Shown piece by piece: positions 12,501 to 22,400 of a stretch of 64,000 nucleotides of DNA; position 1 is the stretch's first letter, and each line of letters starts with the position of its first letter. The notes under the pieces were generated by a model. It had not been told where the DNA came from and did not search any database. It saw only the letters and a list, made by a program, of their open reading frames with translations. Both the position numbers and the translations under genes were made by a program. Source of the DNA: Mytilus trossulus. Lineage: Eukaryota. The stretch covers positions 48,918,001-48,982,000 of the forward strand of contig NC_086382.1 of NCBI RefSeq assembly GCF_036588685.1, read 5' to 3'.

Positions 12501-14405
12501 TATCACTGAACTAGTATATATTTGTTAAGGGGCCAGCTAAAGGACGCCTCCGGGTGTGGGAATTTCTTGCTACATTGGAGACCTGTTGGTGACCTTCTGC
12601 TGTTGTTTTTTCTATGGTCAGGTTGTTATCTCTTTGACACATTCCCCATTTCCATTTTTAATTTTATAAAATCATTAAAAAAGAACTTACATGTATGTTT
12701 CAAGTATTTATAGTGAAATACATTATTTTATTTCAGTATTTACAGTTTAAGTTAGCAGAGATGGCCACAAAGTTAGTAGTATCAAGAAACATCATAAGAA
12801 CAGCAGCTATATCATTAGACAATAACTGGCCAAACAAAGTCCCTTTATGTTCTATGGCAAAGTTCTTTGCTACAGAAGAATGCTCAAAAGTAAGTCAATT
12901 ATATTTCAAGTTAGCTTCTTGAAATTATTTAACATTTTTAAATTCTAAAACTTAAATATAAATGTAACATTTATTCCTTCTTCCAGTCTGCTTTCTCTGT
13001 GTGCAAATTTATATTTGTCAATTTAATGTGTTCATATTTAATAAAAATAACACACAAAATGTGCTCCCCATATTGATTCACATACACGTTGAATGTATCT
13101 TAATGAAATAGCAACAGCACAGGCTTAATGGGGGTCTGAATTAAATCTTGACATGGTTATATCTGTAAGTTGATGTACACACACCAGTTTCTAAAGTTAA
13201 AAGATTTAAATATCAAAATATGTATACATTGTACTATGATTGTTTTTTTAATGCTATATGACATACACATGTGTCATGGTTATTTTTTAAGTGAATTATT
13301 CTATAAAGTGATAAACTTATTTTCTAGGGTGTGCATTTTTCTGTAAGTTGATACATTTGTTTTGTAGGTATGCAATGATGCCTTACAGTTACATGGTGGG
13401 TATGGCTACCTTAAAGATTATGCTATTGAACAATACCTCAGGGACACAAGAGTACACCAAATATTAGAAGGTAAATATTTTTCTGTAGTCTTTAAAATTG
13501 AGAATGGAAATGGGGAATGTGTCGAAGAGACAACAACCCCACCATAGAAAAAAACACAACAGCAGAAGTTCACCAAAAGGTCTTCAATGTAGCGAGAAAT
13601 TCCTGCACCAGGAGCGGACCTTCAGCTGTCCCCTAAACAAATATATACTAGTTCAGTGATAATGAACGCCATACTAATTTCCAAATTGTACACAAGAAAC
13701 TAAAATTGAAATAATACAAGACTTAACAAAGGCCAGGGGCTCCTGACTTGGGACAGGCGCAAAAATGCGGCAGGGTTAAACATGTTTGTGAGATCTCAAA
13801 CCTCCCCCTATACCTCTAGCCAATGTAGAAAAGTAAATGCAAAACAAAATGCACATTAAAATTCAGTTCAAGAGAAGTCCGAGTATATGCTTATTTACAG
13901 GATGTATTATGGTATACAGTTGTCTGTTCTGACTTTTTAATTTAAATTCCCTGCTCTTTTGAATACCAGATAATTAAGGGCATGAGTAAATGCTCATTAT
14001 AAAAGAATGTGATTGAGGGTGGTTGATGATTTTTTTCTTAACTGTTAACCTATTTATTTGTTTTTAAAGACAGATTAATATTTCTAAAAGTTGGAGAATA
14101 TAGTCATCTCATACGAAAATATAATCATCTGCAAAGAAAATGCTTGCTATTTACCATTTAAAAATCCAAAACATTGAAAATTATAAGTTTGAACCTAGTG
14201 ACAATGTCTTTTAAACAATTAAAATGTTTATCACTGGCATACAATATCTTCATTTTGATATTTTTTTAGGATATTTTTTTCCCATATTTTATTTAAAAAG
14301 ATGAAATAAGTGTATAATATTTGATGTTTTATAGGTACCAATGAAGTGATGAGAATGTTAATCTCAAGAGATATACTGACAGATGAAGAGAGAAAATATG
14401 TTTGA
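533..14405 (+). CDS. ACAD8: Isobutyryl-CoA dehydrogenase, mitochondrial (acyl-CoA dehydrogenase family member 8), 11 coding exons, 425 aa
   Basis: Exons 533-653, 5621-5721, 6428-6597, 9106-9215, 9879-9955, 10359-10496, 10972-11107, 11780-11877, 12737-12889, 13368-13470, 14335-14405. All introns are GT-AG with compatible phases; total 1278 nt. Motifs: [22 protein letters not shown], YCLTEPxxGSD, [44 protein letters not shown] and [14 protein letters not shown] (catalytic Glu in ILEG). The basic N-terminus fits a mitochondrial transit peptide. Confidence 0.95.
1184..3774. mobile_element. Non-autonomous hAT-type DNA transposon
   Basis: Perfect 8-bp TSD AAAGGTAT (1176-1183 and 3775-3782). Termini CAGAGATGGG...CCCAAGTCTG. 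Subterminal GATTAC/AATTAC arrays at both ends. Confidence 0.85.
1507..3507. mobile_element. Non-autonomous TIR element nested in the hAT element
   Basis: TIR GGACCATAATTTG(C/G)TATT(G/C)GGC at both ends, flanked by ATAT on each side (TSD could be AT, TA or ATAT). Superfamily unresolved. Confidence 0.75.
6736..8392 (-). mobile_element. 5'-truncated L2-clade non-LTR retrotransposon in ACAD8 intron 3 (antisense)
   Basis: RT motifs [43 protein letters not shown] and LHWLPV. L2-type 3' tail on the minus strand: AAGCGCT...GCGCTATATAAAT followed by (AATA)n at about 6736-6810. The endonuclease domain is absent. Confidence 0.9.
7168..8442 (-). CDS. Reverse transcriptase (C-terminal part of L2 ORF2), 424-aa open frame; first ~15 codons come from flanking DNA
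   Basis: Uninterrupted ORF in the track with the YADD catalytic motif. Homology begins at [10 protein letters not shown]. Confidence 0.8.
   Translation of the reverse strand: MTNMLHKIPCTDIQVDSGYHSTETALLRVHNDIVCALDNNCCVVLLMLDLSAAFDTIDHTILLNRLEFSFGITDEALLWLKSYLTDRTQRVSIGSVQSDDIRLGFGVPQGSVLGPKLFCMFAKPVGEICRRHGMSYHSYADDTQVYQVIKPLGDWSDLSNRLENCLSDISAWMSINMLKLNQDKTELIVFAPKQQLKQLSSFQLTFDGTILTDASCVKNLGFYFDTTLSMEQQASATTKACFHQIRNIGRIRSLITDEACKTLVCSLVTSRLDYGNALLYGTNSCVITKLQRVQNTAARLITRKRKYDSITPVLISLHWLPVHFRCQYKLLLYIFKAIHGKAPSYLQELVEHYKPGRALRSEKSMLLRLPKDVRTKRYGERRFDIAAPTLWNSLPSSLRNEQSLDVFKKDLKTYFFQSAFIDFL
11114..11262. mobile_element. 149-bp MITE with 5-bp TSD inserted at the ACAD8 exon 7 donor
   Basis: Termini CAGGCCCATAG...CTACGGGTATG. 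TSD TTAGT at 11109-11113 and 11263-11267. Internal GGGGGTTCG/CGAACCCCC inverted motif. Confidence 0.75.
12437..12666 (-). repeat. Dispersed repeat family B (AAATTGAGAATGGAAATGGGGAATGTGTC...), inverted copy
   Basis: Reverse complement of the copies at 13493-13885, 18247-18510, 53988-54230 and 59403-60160. Confidence 0.85.
13493..13885 (+). repeat. Dispersed repeat family B
   Basis: Near-identical to 18247-18510. Contains the TCCTGACTTGGGACAGG cassette. Confidence 0.85.
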
Positions 14406-15794
14406 TGAAAACAAAATATGTAGGAACTATTTGTGTCTGTGATATTGTCTTCTGTGCTCAAACATCAGTCATTGAAGTTTGTGCTGGAAAAGAAATCTTC
14501 TCAATCATGTAAACACAAACTGAACCTTTGAAGTGAAACCATAAATCAAGCTAATACAAGAATGAACTGCATCATTATCTGGGATTCTGCGACACTAGAC
14601 CTAAGTTTTTGCAACATTTGATGTATGTTTTGATGTCATACAAAAATCACTGACTAGTAGCTATAATGCATTAACTGTACCAATTATTCTGCATCAGACG
14701 CTTATTTTGAAAATTTATAACCCTACAGTGATGCCCAAGACCGTAATATTCGAAAATCTATTCTAAGTCTCAAAAAAAAAAAAAGAGATTATAAACCAAA
14801 AAGACAAAAAGTATAGGCGAAGACAGACAAGGATTCATAGCTTAGCACGAGACAAATGCATTAGAGACATATTCCTTAATTTAAACTTATTTCCAAACTT
14901 TTGTAACAATAATTTTTGATAACACAATATTTGTATATTAATGCCAGTATATAAGTACTGCCAACTTGGCTGTAGATACCCTCAGTCAATCAGCCATGGA
15001 AGTGATAACATTTATAGTACACATTTTTCTGCACCAGAGTGTACAATTTTCATTAAGTATAAATACAAGTTGATATAGTCACAATTAAGTTCCATGCATG
15101 TGGTCTCAATAAACCACTTTGTTTATATATAGCTAGTCAAAGACATCAACAGATATTTTATTTTATACAAGATTTTACAGCCAATTCTTCAGATTTTCCC
15201 TTTTTCCTTTATTTTATCACAATAAAGTGTGTATCAAATTAAGGCCAAATTGTTTCTACTATTTGAAATGCTTAGATAGTAGCCAAAAGAATCGTGTTTT
15301 TAATATTTATTAATTAATACATTTGTACTCTTTTATACATGAAATATTTTTTATCATACATTTTGAAGTTTATGTGAAAAGTAAATTTTGCTAAGTTTAT
15401 GTATTTATACAAATAAAGGCTAAAATTCACCCAACATACTGCTTGTATTTTTTTGACATAAATGCTGCACACCAGTTTATTTATTACTATATTTATACAC
15501 TCATTTGTTCCAAATTACCAAAGGTTATATGTGAAAGCTGTAAATGTAGCTAGATTTTTTACAACAATTTGTATAAAGTTTGCTCTTAACTGGCAATAAA
15601 AACATGAATAATTGTTATTTTGTCTATTTATAGCAGGGTTACTTCCTGCAATCATAGTATGTCACATGCAGTTGTATACGACAATCAAAAAAGTATTCCC
15701 TTGAATTTGACAGTTGTAAGAAATTAATCTTACATTTCATTTGATCAATTACTGGTTCATAAGTATATATCTTGAATGTTTCAAAGAACCATTA

Positions 15795-16413
15795 TTTTAA
15801 GCTCTGACACAAACCAAGATGGCCGACATATCTAAATGAAGTACATAGGGTAAAATGCAGTGTTTGGTTTATATCTCTGAAACCAAAGCATTTATAGCAA
15901 ATCTGAAGAGTGTAAAATTTTTCATTAGGTCCAGTTCTATCTGCCCTGAAAATTTTAGAACATTCAGGCAACCCGTTGGGTTGCTGCCGCAGAATTGGTA
16001 ATTTTAAGAAAATTTTGCAGCTATTGGTTATCATCTTTAAAATTATTATAGATAGAGATAAAATGTAAACAGCAATAATGTACAGCAAAGTAAGACCTAA
16101 AAATTAGTCAACATGACCAAAATGGTCAATTAACCCCTTAAGGATTTATTGACCTGAAAAGACAATTTTGAACAATTTTCATTAATTTGTTAAATTTTTG
16201 TAAGTTTTTACAAAATATTTTCCTCTGTAACTAAAAGGCCAAATTTATTATAGATATAGAAAATTGTAAGTAGCAAGAATGTTCAGTAAAGTAAGATCTA
16301 CAAACACATCACCATCACCAGAATAACAATTTTGTCATGAATCCATCCATGTCGTTTGTTTAATATGCACATAGACCAAGGTGAGCGACACAGGCTCTTT
16401 AGAGCCTCTAGTC
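15795..16413 (+). mobile_element. Helentron-like non-autonomous (HINE) fragment; a second copy of its 3' end lies at 17080-17248
   Basis: 3' end CCAAGGTGAGCGACACAGGCTCTTTAGAGCCTCTAGT (subTIR plus GGCTC/GAGCC hairpin), repeated at about 17211-17247. Confidence 0.6.
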
Positions 16414-16510
16414 TTTGAAGTATGTTCATTTCTCACCTAGTTTGATATGAACATATTCCACTGTTGTACAAGTGTGCAGCAAACAGAACATAATTTTTTG
16501 TCAGACTTAA

Positions 16511-17068
16511 AAAGGAGTAGGTCCAGTAAGACCCCTTTTGGCCCAAAAATATGGCAGTTTACAAAATTGTTAAAATATAATCTTTTACTTATTTATTCGA
16601 CAGTAAAATGCTTCTGCTACATAAATGTGGGCTGTTTTTGACAATACAATGCATATATATCGGGTACTAGAACCATTAAGTCATGATAAATTACTGAAAT
16701 CTTCACAATTCTATCATTTTAGTTAACTTTTAGACAGTTTCAGTGAAAGTTGCCGCATCTGTGTTCATCCTCAACCTTTATATACGATATGTATTATCCG
16801 TGTTCATCGTAATATTGAAATGTATGTTGTATTTGATGATAATACATATCGTATATAAAGGTTGAGGATGAACATTGATGCGGGCACTTTCATTTTGACA
16901 AATCATCTGAAAATTGTCATTTTTTGGCGTATTTGGTAGATTTTTTATATTTGAGCTTGAAACGGATCGTTTTTAATGACTAAATCAGTTAAAAAAGTGG
17001 TCAAAATCTTTCTACAAATGAACCTGAAATTTGAAGCCAAAATCGGTCCTTACCGGACCTACTCCTTT
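16511..17068. mobile_element. Kolobok-like MITE
   Basis: TIR AAAGGAGTAGGTCC(A/G)GTAAG at both ends, TTAA on the left flank, and an internal palindrome at 16744-16892. Confidence 0.7.
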
Positions 17069-17457
17069 TGAAAATTTAAACAAAATATTTTCCACTGTAA
17101 CTACTGGGCCAAGTTCATTATAGATAGAGATAATTGTAAGCAGCAAGAATGTTCAGTAAACATTTTTGTCATGAATCATTCTGTGTTCTTTGTTTAATAT
17201 GCACATATACCAAGGTGAGCTACACAGGCTCTTTAGAGCGTCTTGTTTTATTTAGTGTTTCTATAGAATATTTTTGAAATTTGAGGTTACTACAGTTTGA
17301 ACACAGTTAAAAAAAGAGGTAAACAGTTGATTGCTTATTTCCATATATGCAACGAGATGTTATGTGAAATTTTGCTGTCAATAGTACATCACAAAACTTT
17401 ACTCAATCAGTTTCTTAATTTGAAACTAAGAGAATTTCTGCAAAAAAAGTACAAAAC

Positions 17458-17900
17458 AAAAGTAAAATCACAAAAATACTGAATTCTTAAGAAAATCGAA
17501 AACGGAAAGTCCCTAATCAAATGGCAACATCAAAAGCTCATGCTCATCAAACGACTGGATTACAACTGTCATATTCCTGACTTTGTACAGGCATTTTCTT
17601 GTGTAGGAAATGGTGGATTAGACCTGGTTTTAAAGCTAGCTTATCCTCTCACTTGTATGACAATTGCACCGAATTGCATTATATTGACAACCATTTGAGA
17701 ACAAAACAAACAGATAAAATAAGTAAAAATAAGTGTCAAAAATGGGAGTACTTCAGTGAGCATTGTATTAAAATCTTAATCACTATAAAACAAACAAATA
17801 TGCAACAAATAAGCACATAAACGCACATAGACAACGCATATTAGCAAAAATAAAGACAGGAATAACATTATTTACCGCAGCACAATAACAATGACGAAAT
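17458..17900 (+). repeat. Dispersed repeat family E (AAAAGTAAAATCACAAAAATACTGAA...)
   Basis: Fragments recur inverted at about 31355-31490, 35095-35207, 36600-36673 and 46995-47100, and direct at 33520-33575. Confidence 0.7.
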
Positions 17901-18246
17901 ATAAGTAAAGGCAACAGTAATAATTCATAAATTGTTTGAGAAAAAACAAACAAATCTGGTGCCACGTCATATATGTATTGAAGAAACACAAAAAGACATT
18001 TAGCCCAATCACATTCATGACATTATCAAAAATGAAAGATAATAGTACAAAATATTTTACAATTGCGGAATGTATTAGTATATTTAACATGGGAAATCAA
18101 TGGTGGTACACAAATGTATTGTACCCGATAAACTTCGCTTACATCAAGAAAAGAAGACACTCACACATCAATACATATTATGACATGAATTTATTTTATT
18201 TACATATTTTGATTTTGATGACATTTTATTTGGTGAAAAATAGGGT

Positions 18247-18510
18247 AAAATTGAGAATGGAAATGGGGAATGTGTCAAAGAGACTACAACCCGACCAAAT
18301 AAAAAAAAACCAACAGCATAAGGTCACCAACAGGTCTTCAATGTAGCGAGAAATTCCCGCACCCGGAGGCGTCCTTCAGCTGGCCCCTAAACAAATATAT
18401 ACTAGTTCAGTGATAATGAACGCCATACTAATTTCCAAATTGTACACAAGAAACTAAAATTAAAATAATACAAGACTAACAAAGGCCAGAGGCTCCTGAC
18501 TTGGGACAGG
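18247..18510 (+). repeat. Dispersed repeat family B
   Basis: Matches 13493-13758. Confidence 0.85.
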
Positions 18511-19056
18511 TCTATTTATTAATTGAAAGTGGACTTTCAGTAACTCCAAGTTTTTCTATTGTAGCTGCTTTCATTATATGTCTTAGAACTTATCTGAATT
18601 TTTTAGCTCCTTTTCATTTAATTTTTTGTTGTACTTGTATTTAACAGTCCAAGGTGAGGGTTATATTTGTGCGCTAACTAACATGTTGAAGTTCATTGCC
18701 GGTCCCGCACCAGGAACTTGTCTTTTATTTTGATTTATTTCTGCAGTTATATTTATAGGCAAATCAATTTGTTGGTTTTCGTATTTTATGTTTTACCAAT
18801 TTTTATTTTTGGTTACTTTACATTTTTGGTTGTGTTGATTGTTGAAGGTCTAACAGTTACATCCTTGTCCCTCGAGTTTTGATTGATTTTTGTTTCATAT
18901 CATTGACAACATTTTGATTTTTTTGAAATACTTAGGCTTTTCTTCCTCATGCATAGATAATTTTAGCTGTATTTGGCAACACTTTTAGGAATTTTGGATC
19001 GCAATGCTCTTCAACTTCGTACTTTATTTGGCTTTTTTCAATTTTTTTGGATTCGA

Positions 19057-19099
19057 GCGTCACTGTTGAGTCTTTCGAGACGAAACGCGCGTCTGGCGT
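19057..19099 (+). ncRNA. Minimal type I hammerhead ribozyme motif (core variant CUGUUGA) in a retrozyme/Penelope-like repeat unit (~18933-19135)
   Basis: GCGTCA-CTGTTGA-GTCT(TTCG)AGAC-GAAA-C(GCGC)G-TC-TGGCGT. All stems pair, but A6 is replaced by U. Confidence 0.75.
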
Positions 19100-19431
19100 A
19101 TATACTAGTCCTGTTTTCTATGATGAGTTTATTTGCAATGAGATGCCTTACCTCTGCATTTCTAATTTTAACAATTTTCCAACATTGAACATTTTCTTTA
19201 TATTAAATAGCTGTTATTTTAGGCTGCACATTAATGTTGAAGGGAATAGAATATCTCCAGACAATCGACCCAAAGTTACCAAAAAGCAAGAACATAAACC
19301 TAGGTATTTTGTGACATGTGCGAATCCTAATTTGTAGCTTTGTGGGATTTGTATAAGATACGATAAAGTCAAACAGTGCAAGTTTCCGCTAGTGTATAGA
19401 TAAGACTTCGATTTGTACTAGTCAACAGAAA

Positions 19432-22400
19432 ATGGAGTCATTTCGTCTTGTATTATCTGTCATTGGTAAGATCATTGAAATATTATGTTGTAATGGTACA
19501 CTACGTGAATACTGTTGGAACAAAAAAACACGAAATTATTTTAAAATCCAAATATTCATTATAGGTTTTAGTAATAGTAACTTGAAAAAAAAATCAAAAT
19601 TTTCCTGTGATGCTTTTGTTATTTTACGAATGACACAGGTAACCGCGTAAATTCATTCAAAATAGAAAAAAGGAGAAACTTGTCAATTAAATTATTGCAT
19701 GATGACTTTATATTAAAGACACAGCTTTTGTTTCTACTGTAATTAGGATCTGTTAGATTACTATGAATGGTTTATTTTTATATTTAGTAAGTTTGGCTCA
19801 CCTTGGATTACCAGTACTAAGTGATCATAAGTTCTGTGCCTATGCCTTCAAGGAGAATCCATTTGCCTGTCAGTATCCCAAAGTATACCAAAGATGTGGA
19901 CACGAATGTGATAAGAGACAATGTAAGTCGTACAGAATATAAAAGGTAATAAGGAATCTGCATACGTCAGTATCATGTGGTATATCTCTTACATTATAAA
20001 TTTCCTGTTACAAAACCTTGAATTTTTCGAAAAACTAAGGATTTTCTTATAGATTACCTTAGCCGTATTTGGCACAACTTTTTGGATTTTTGAGTCATCA
20101 ATGCTCTTTAAGTTTGTTGGCTTTACAACTATTGTGATCTGAGCGTAACTGATGAGTTTTATGAAGACGAAACGCGCGTCTGGCGTAATGATTAACAATC
20201 CTTGTATTTTTGACAACTATTGATTTACGTTGGATTACGGAAAATTAAAAATCCGATTTTACACGATTCAGTTGAGAGTATTATTAAAGAGTCAAGACAT
20301 TTTACAAATAGTCCTTTGAAAAAGTTAACTGGTTTACAAGGCAAAATCATAACATTCACTGTACCAATTTTGAAGAACCAGTAGAAGATTTCGACAATTT
20401 AACCACATTTTCCTCTTTACTGATACTCAAAACAAGACGCTGACGAACTGATAAAAAACAAAAAGAAACAATCAAAAGTAAACCCGAATTCGAATAAAAT
20501 CGATAGCTCTGCACGAGGGAGATACAAAACACCTGTGTGAGATAAGTTACTGGGCGAAATCTCTAGGAATGAACTCCTGTATTACTTTTCATTCTGCAAT
20601 GCCGAAATAAAGGCTACAGTAGTATACCGCTGTTCAAAAGTCATAAATCGATTGAGAGAGAAAAAAAAAAACCCAAAACAACCGGTTTAAAAATTAAAAC
20701 CGAGAGATACACATTAAAGATGAAAACAACGGAACAACAGAAAAAATGAAGTGCATTCATTTTCGTGTTTCGTTTACACGTGCACATATAGTGGTATTTC
20801 CGTTAACACCAAGTCATCAAATCAACATCCTTTCACTGTTTAAAATCAACATATTCCAATTCAATTTTGTTTTGCACACAAAATTTTAGTTCTCAAACTG
20901 ATTGTCTAAACACGTTTTAATATGAGATTTAAAAGATTCATTTCTGTACTGAAACTGGTGATTTGCAACTATAAAACATATCGCAATGTTTGAAACGCCC
21001 TCATGATAATTATATAATATAAATGAACAAAATTTTAAAACCTTCGAAACTATTTATATAATCAAATTTAAGAACTTGTTTAATCTTTTCATGGCAGGTC
21101 TCTTTTTAAAAGTGTATTTTCAAGCTAACTGTAATAATATTCAAACATTCTTAAAAAAAGAACCAATGAACATGTAAGTGTTTCGGTTCTCGTATGAAAT
21201 TAGACACCGATTACTTTTAATAGTCTTTCTGTGTTGTGATATATAATGGTGCCTAAACTCTACTTTTAAGTTTTTAATATTTTTCTGAAAAAATAAATTA
21301 AGGAAGAACATTGTTATCGAATTTCAAGATTAATATCTGCAACTTGCACGGACCAATGGATATTTTCAGACTATTAATGAAACAACGAGAAAAGCTGTTT
21401 GGTTCACTTCATTTGAAATATGATACTAGGGTACAGGTACAAGTCAGATTGATTCATTAACAATGTCAATATTATTTTACAGTAAGCTGCTTTAAATGTT
21501 CATCCGTTGAAGACCCAAGTCATTGTCAAACAACTACTACATGTGGACCATCTCAGGTTTGTAAAATTTAACTTGAAATAATCGTCTTAACTTGAAATTA
21601 AAATTCAACATCTACATACAATATACATGTCTGAAAATACAATTTATTTTCTTTTTTTCCTTATGAACAGACCACATGAATTACTACCAATTTTAACTCT
21701 TTTTTTTATGTAAACAGGTCCACATATAAGTTTTATTCGCACAGTAAAGTAATATATTATTATTATTATTTCAGATCCGAAATTCTTTATAGTGTTTTGT
21801 ATCATATATATAGCAGTCTTTGAAGTCCGTACGGTGACCTATAGTTGTTAATTTCTGTGTCACTTTGGTCGGTGGAAAGTTGTATCATTGACAATCATAC
21901 CATTTCTTCTTCTTTATATTTGATACATGATTTTTATGACTTGGACCTCAACAATAACATGTGTTTGTTAGATTGAGACAACAGCAATGTATATGCACTT
22001 TTAATTCGCGTTGTAATAATTTTCACGAATTCAAATGCAGCTGACGTGTATCAAAAATGTATTAAATAGATGCCATCGGAACTTTTACTGAACATGAATG
22101 TTATAAAACCTTGCTTTTCAATACATTTCTCCTATCGACCCGTGTAACTTATAAAACAACACCAATGACCAATCAAGGATTACGGGATGGAAGGTCGTAA
22201 ATAATGCGCCAAACCATACATGACAGCTTTATTGGACAACGTGTAAAACTTAGTCAAGTAAATGAGCATCTTTGTTTGTATTCACTATCAATTCATGTTT
22301 TAATATTTTAGGACGCGAAATTAAATTTTTGTGGGCAGGACTTAGTTCGTGAAATAAATTCACGCGGACAAAAATATATTTACAGTAATTTATCGATGTT

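Noticed and set aside
14403-14408. TGA-TGA at the ACAD8 stop as possible selenocysteine or readthrough
   Set aside because: The protein is already full length and no SECIS-like structure was recognised.
14670-14755. Antisense hammerhead-like remnant in the ACAD8 3' region (similar remnants at ~20355-20430 and ~56060-56105)
   Set aside because: Core boxes and stems are too decayed to call a ribozyme. Treated as an old repeat fragment.
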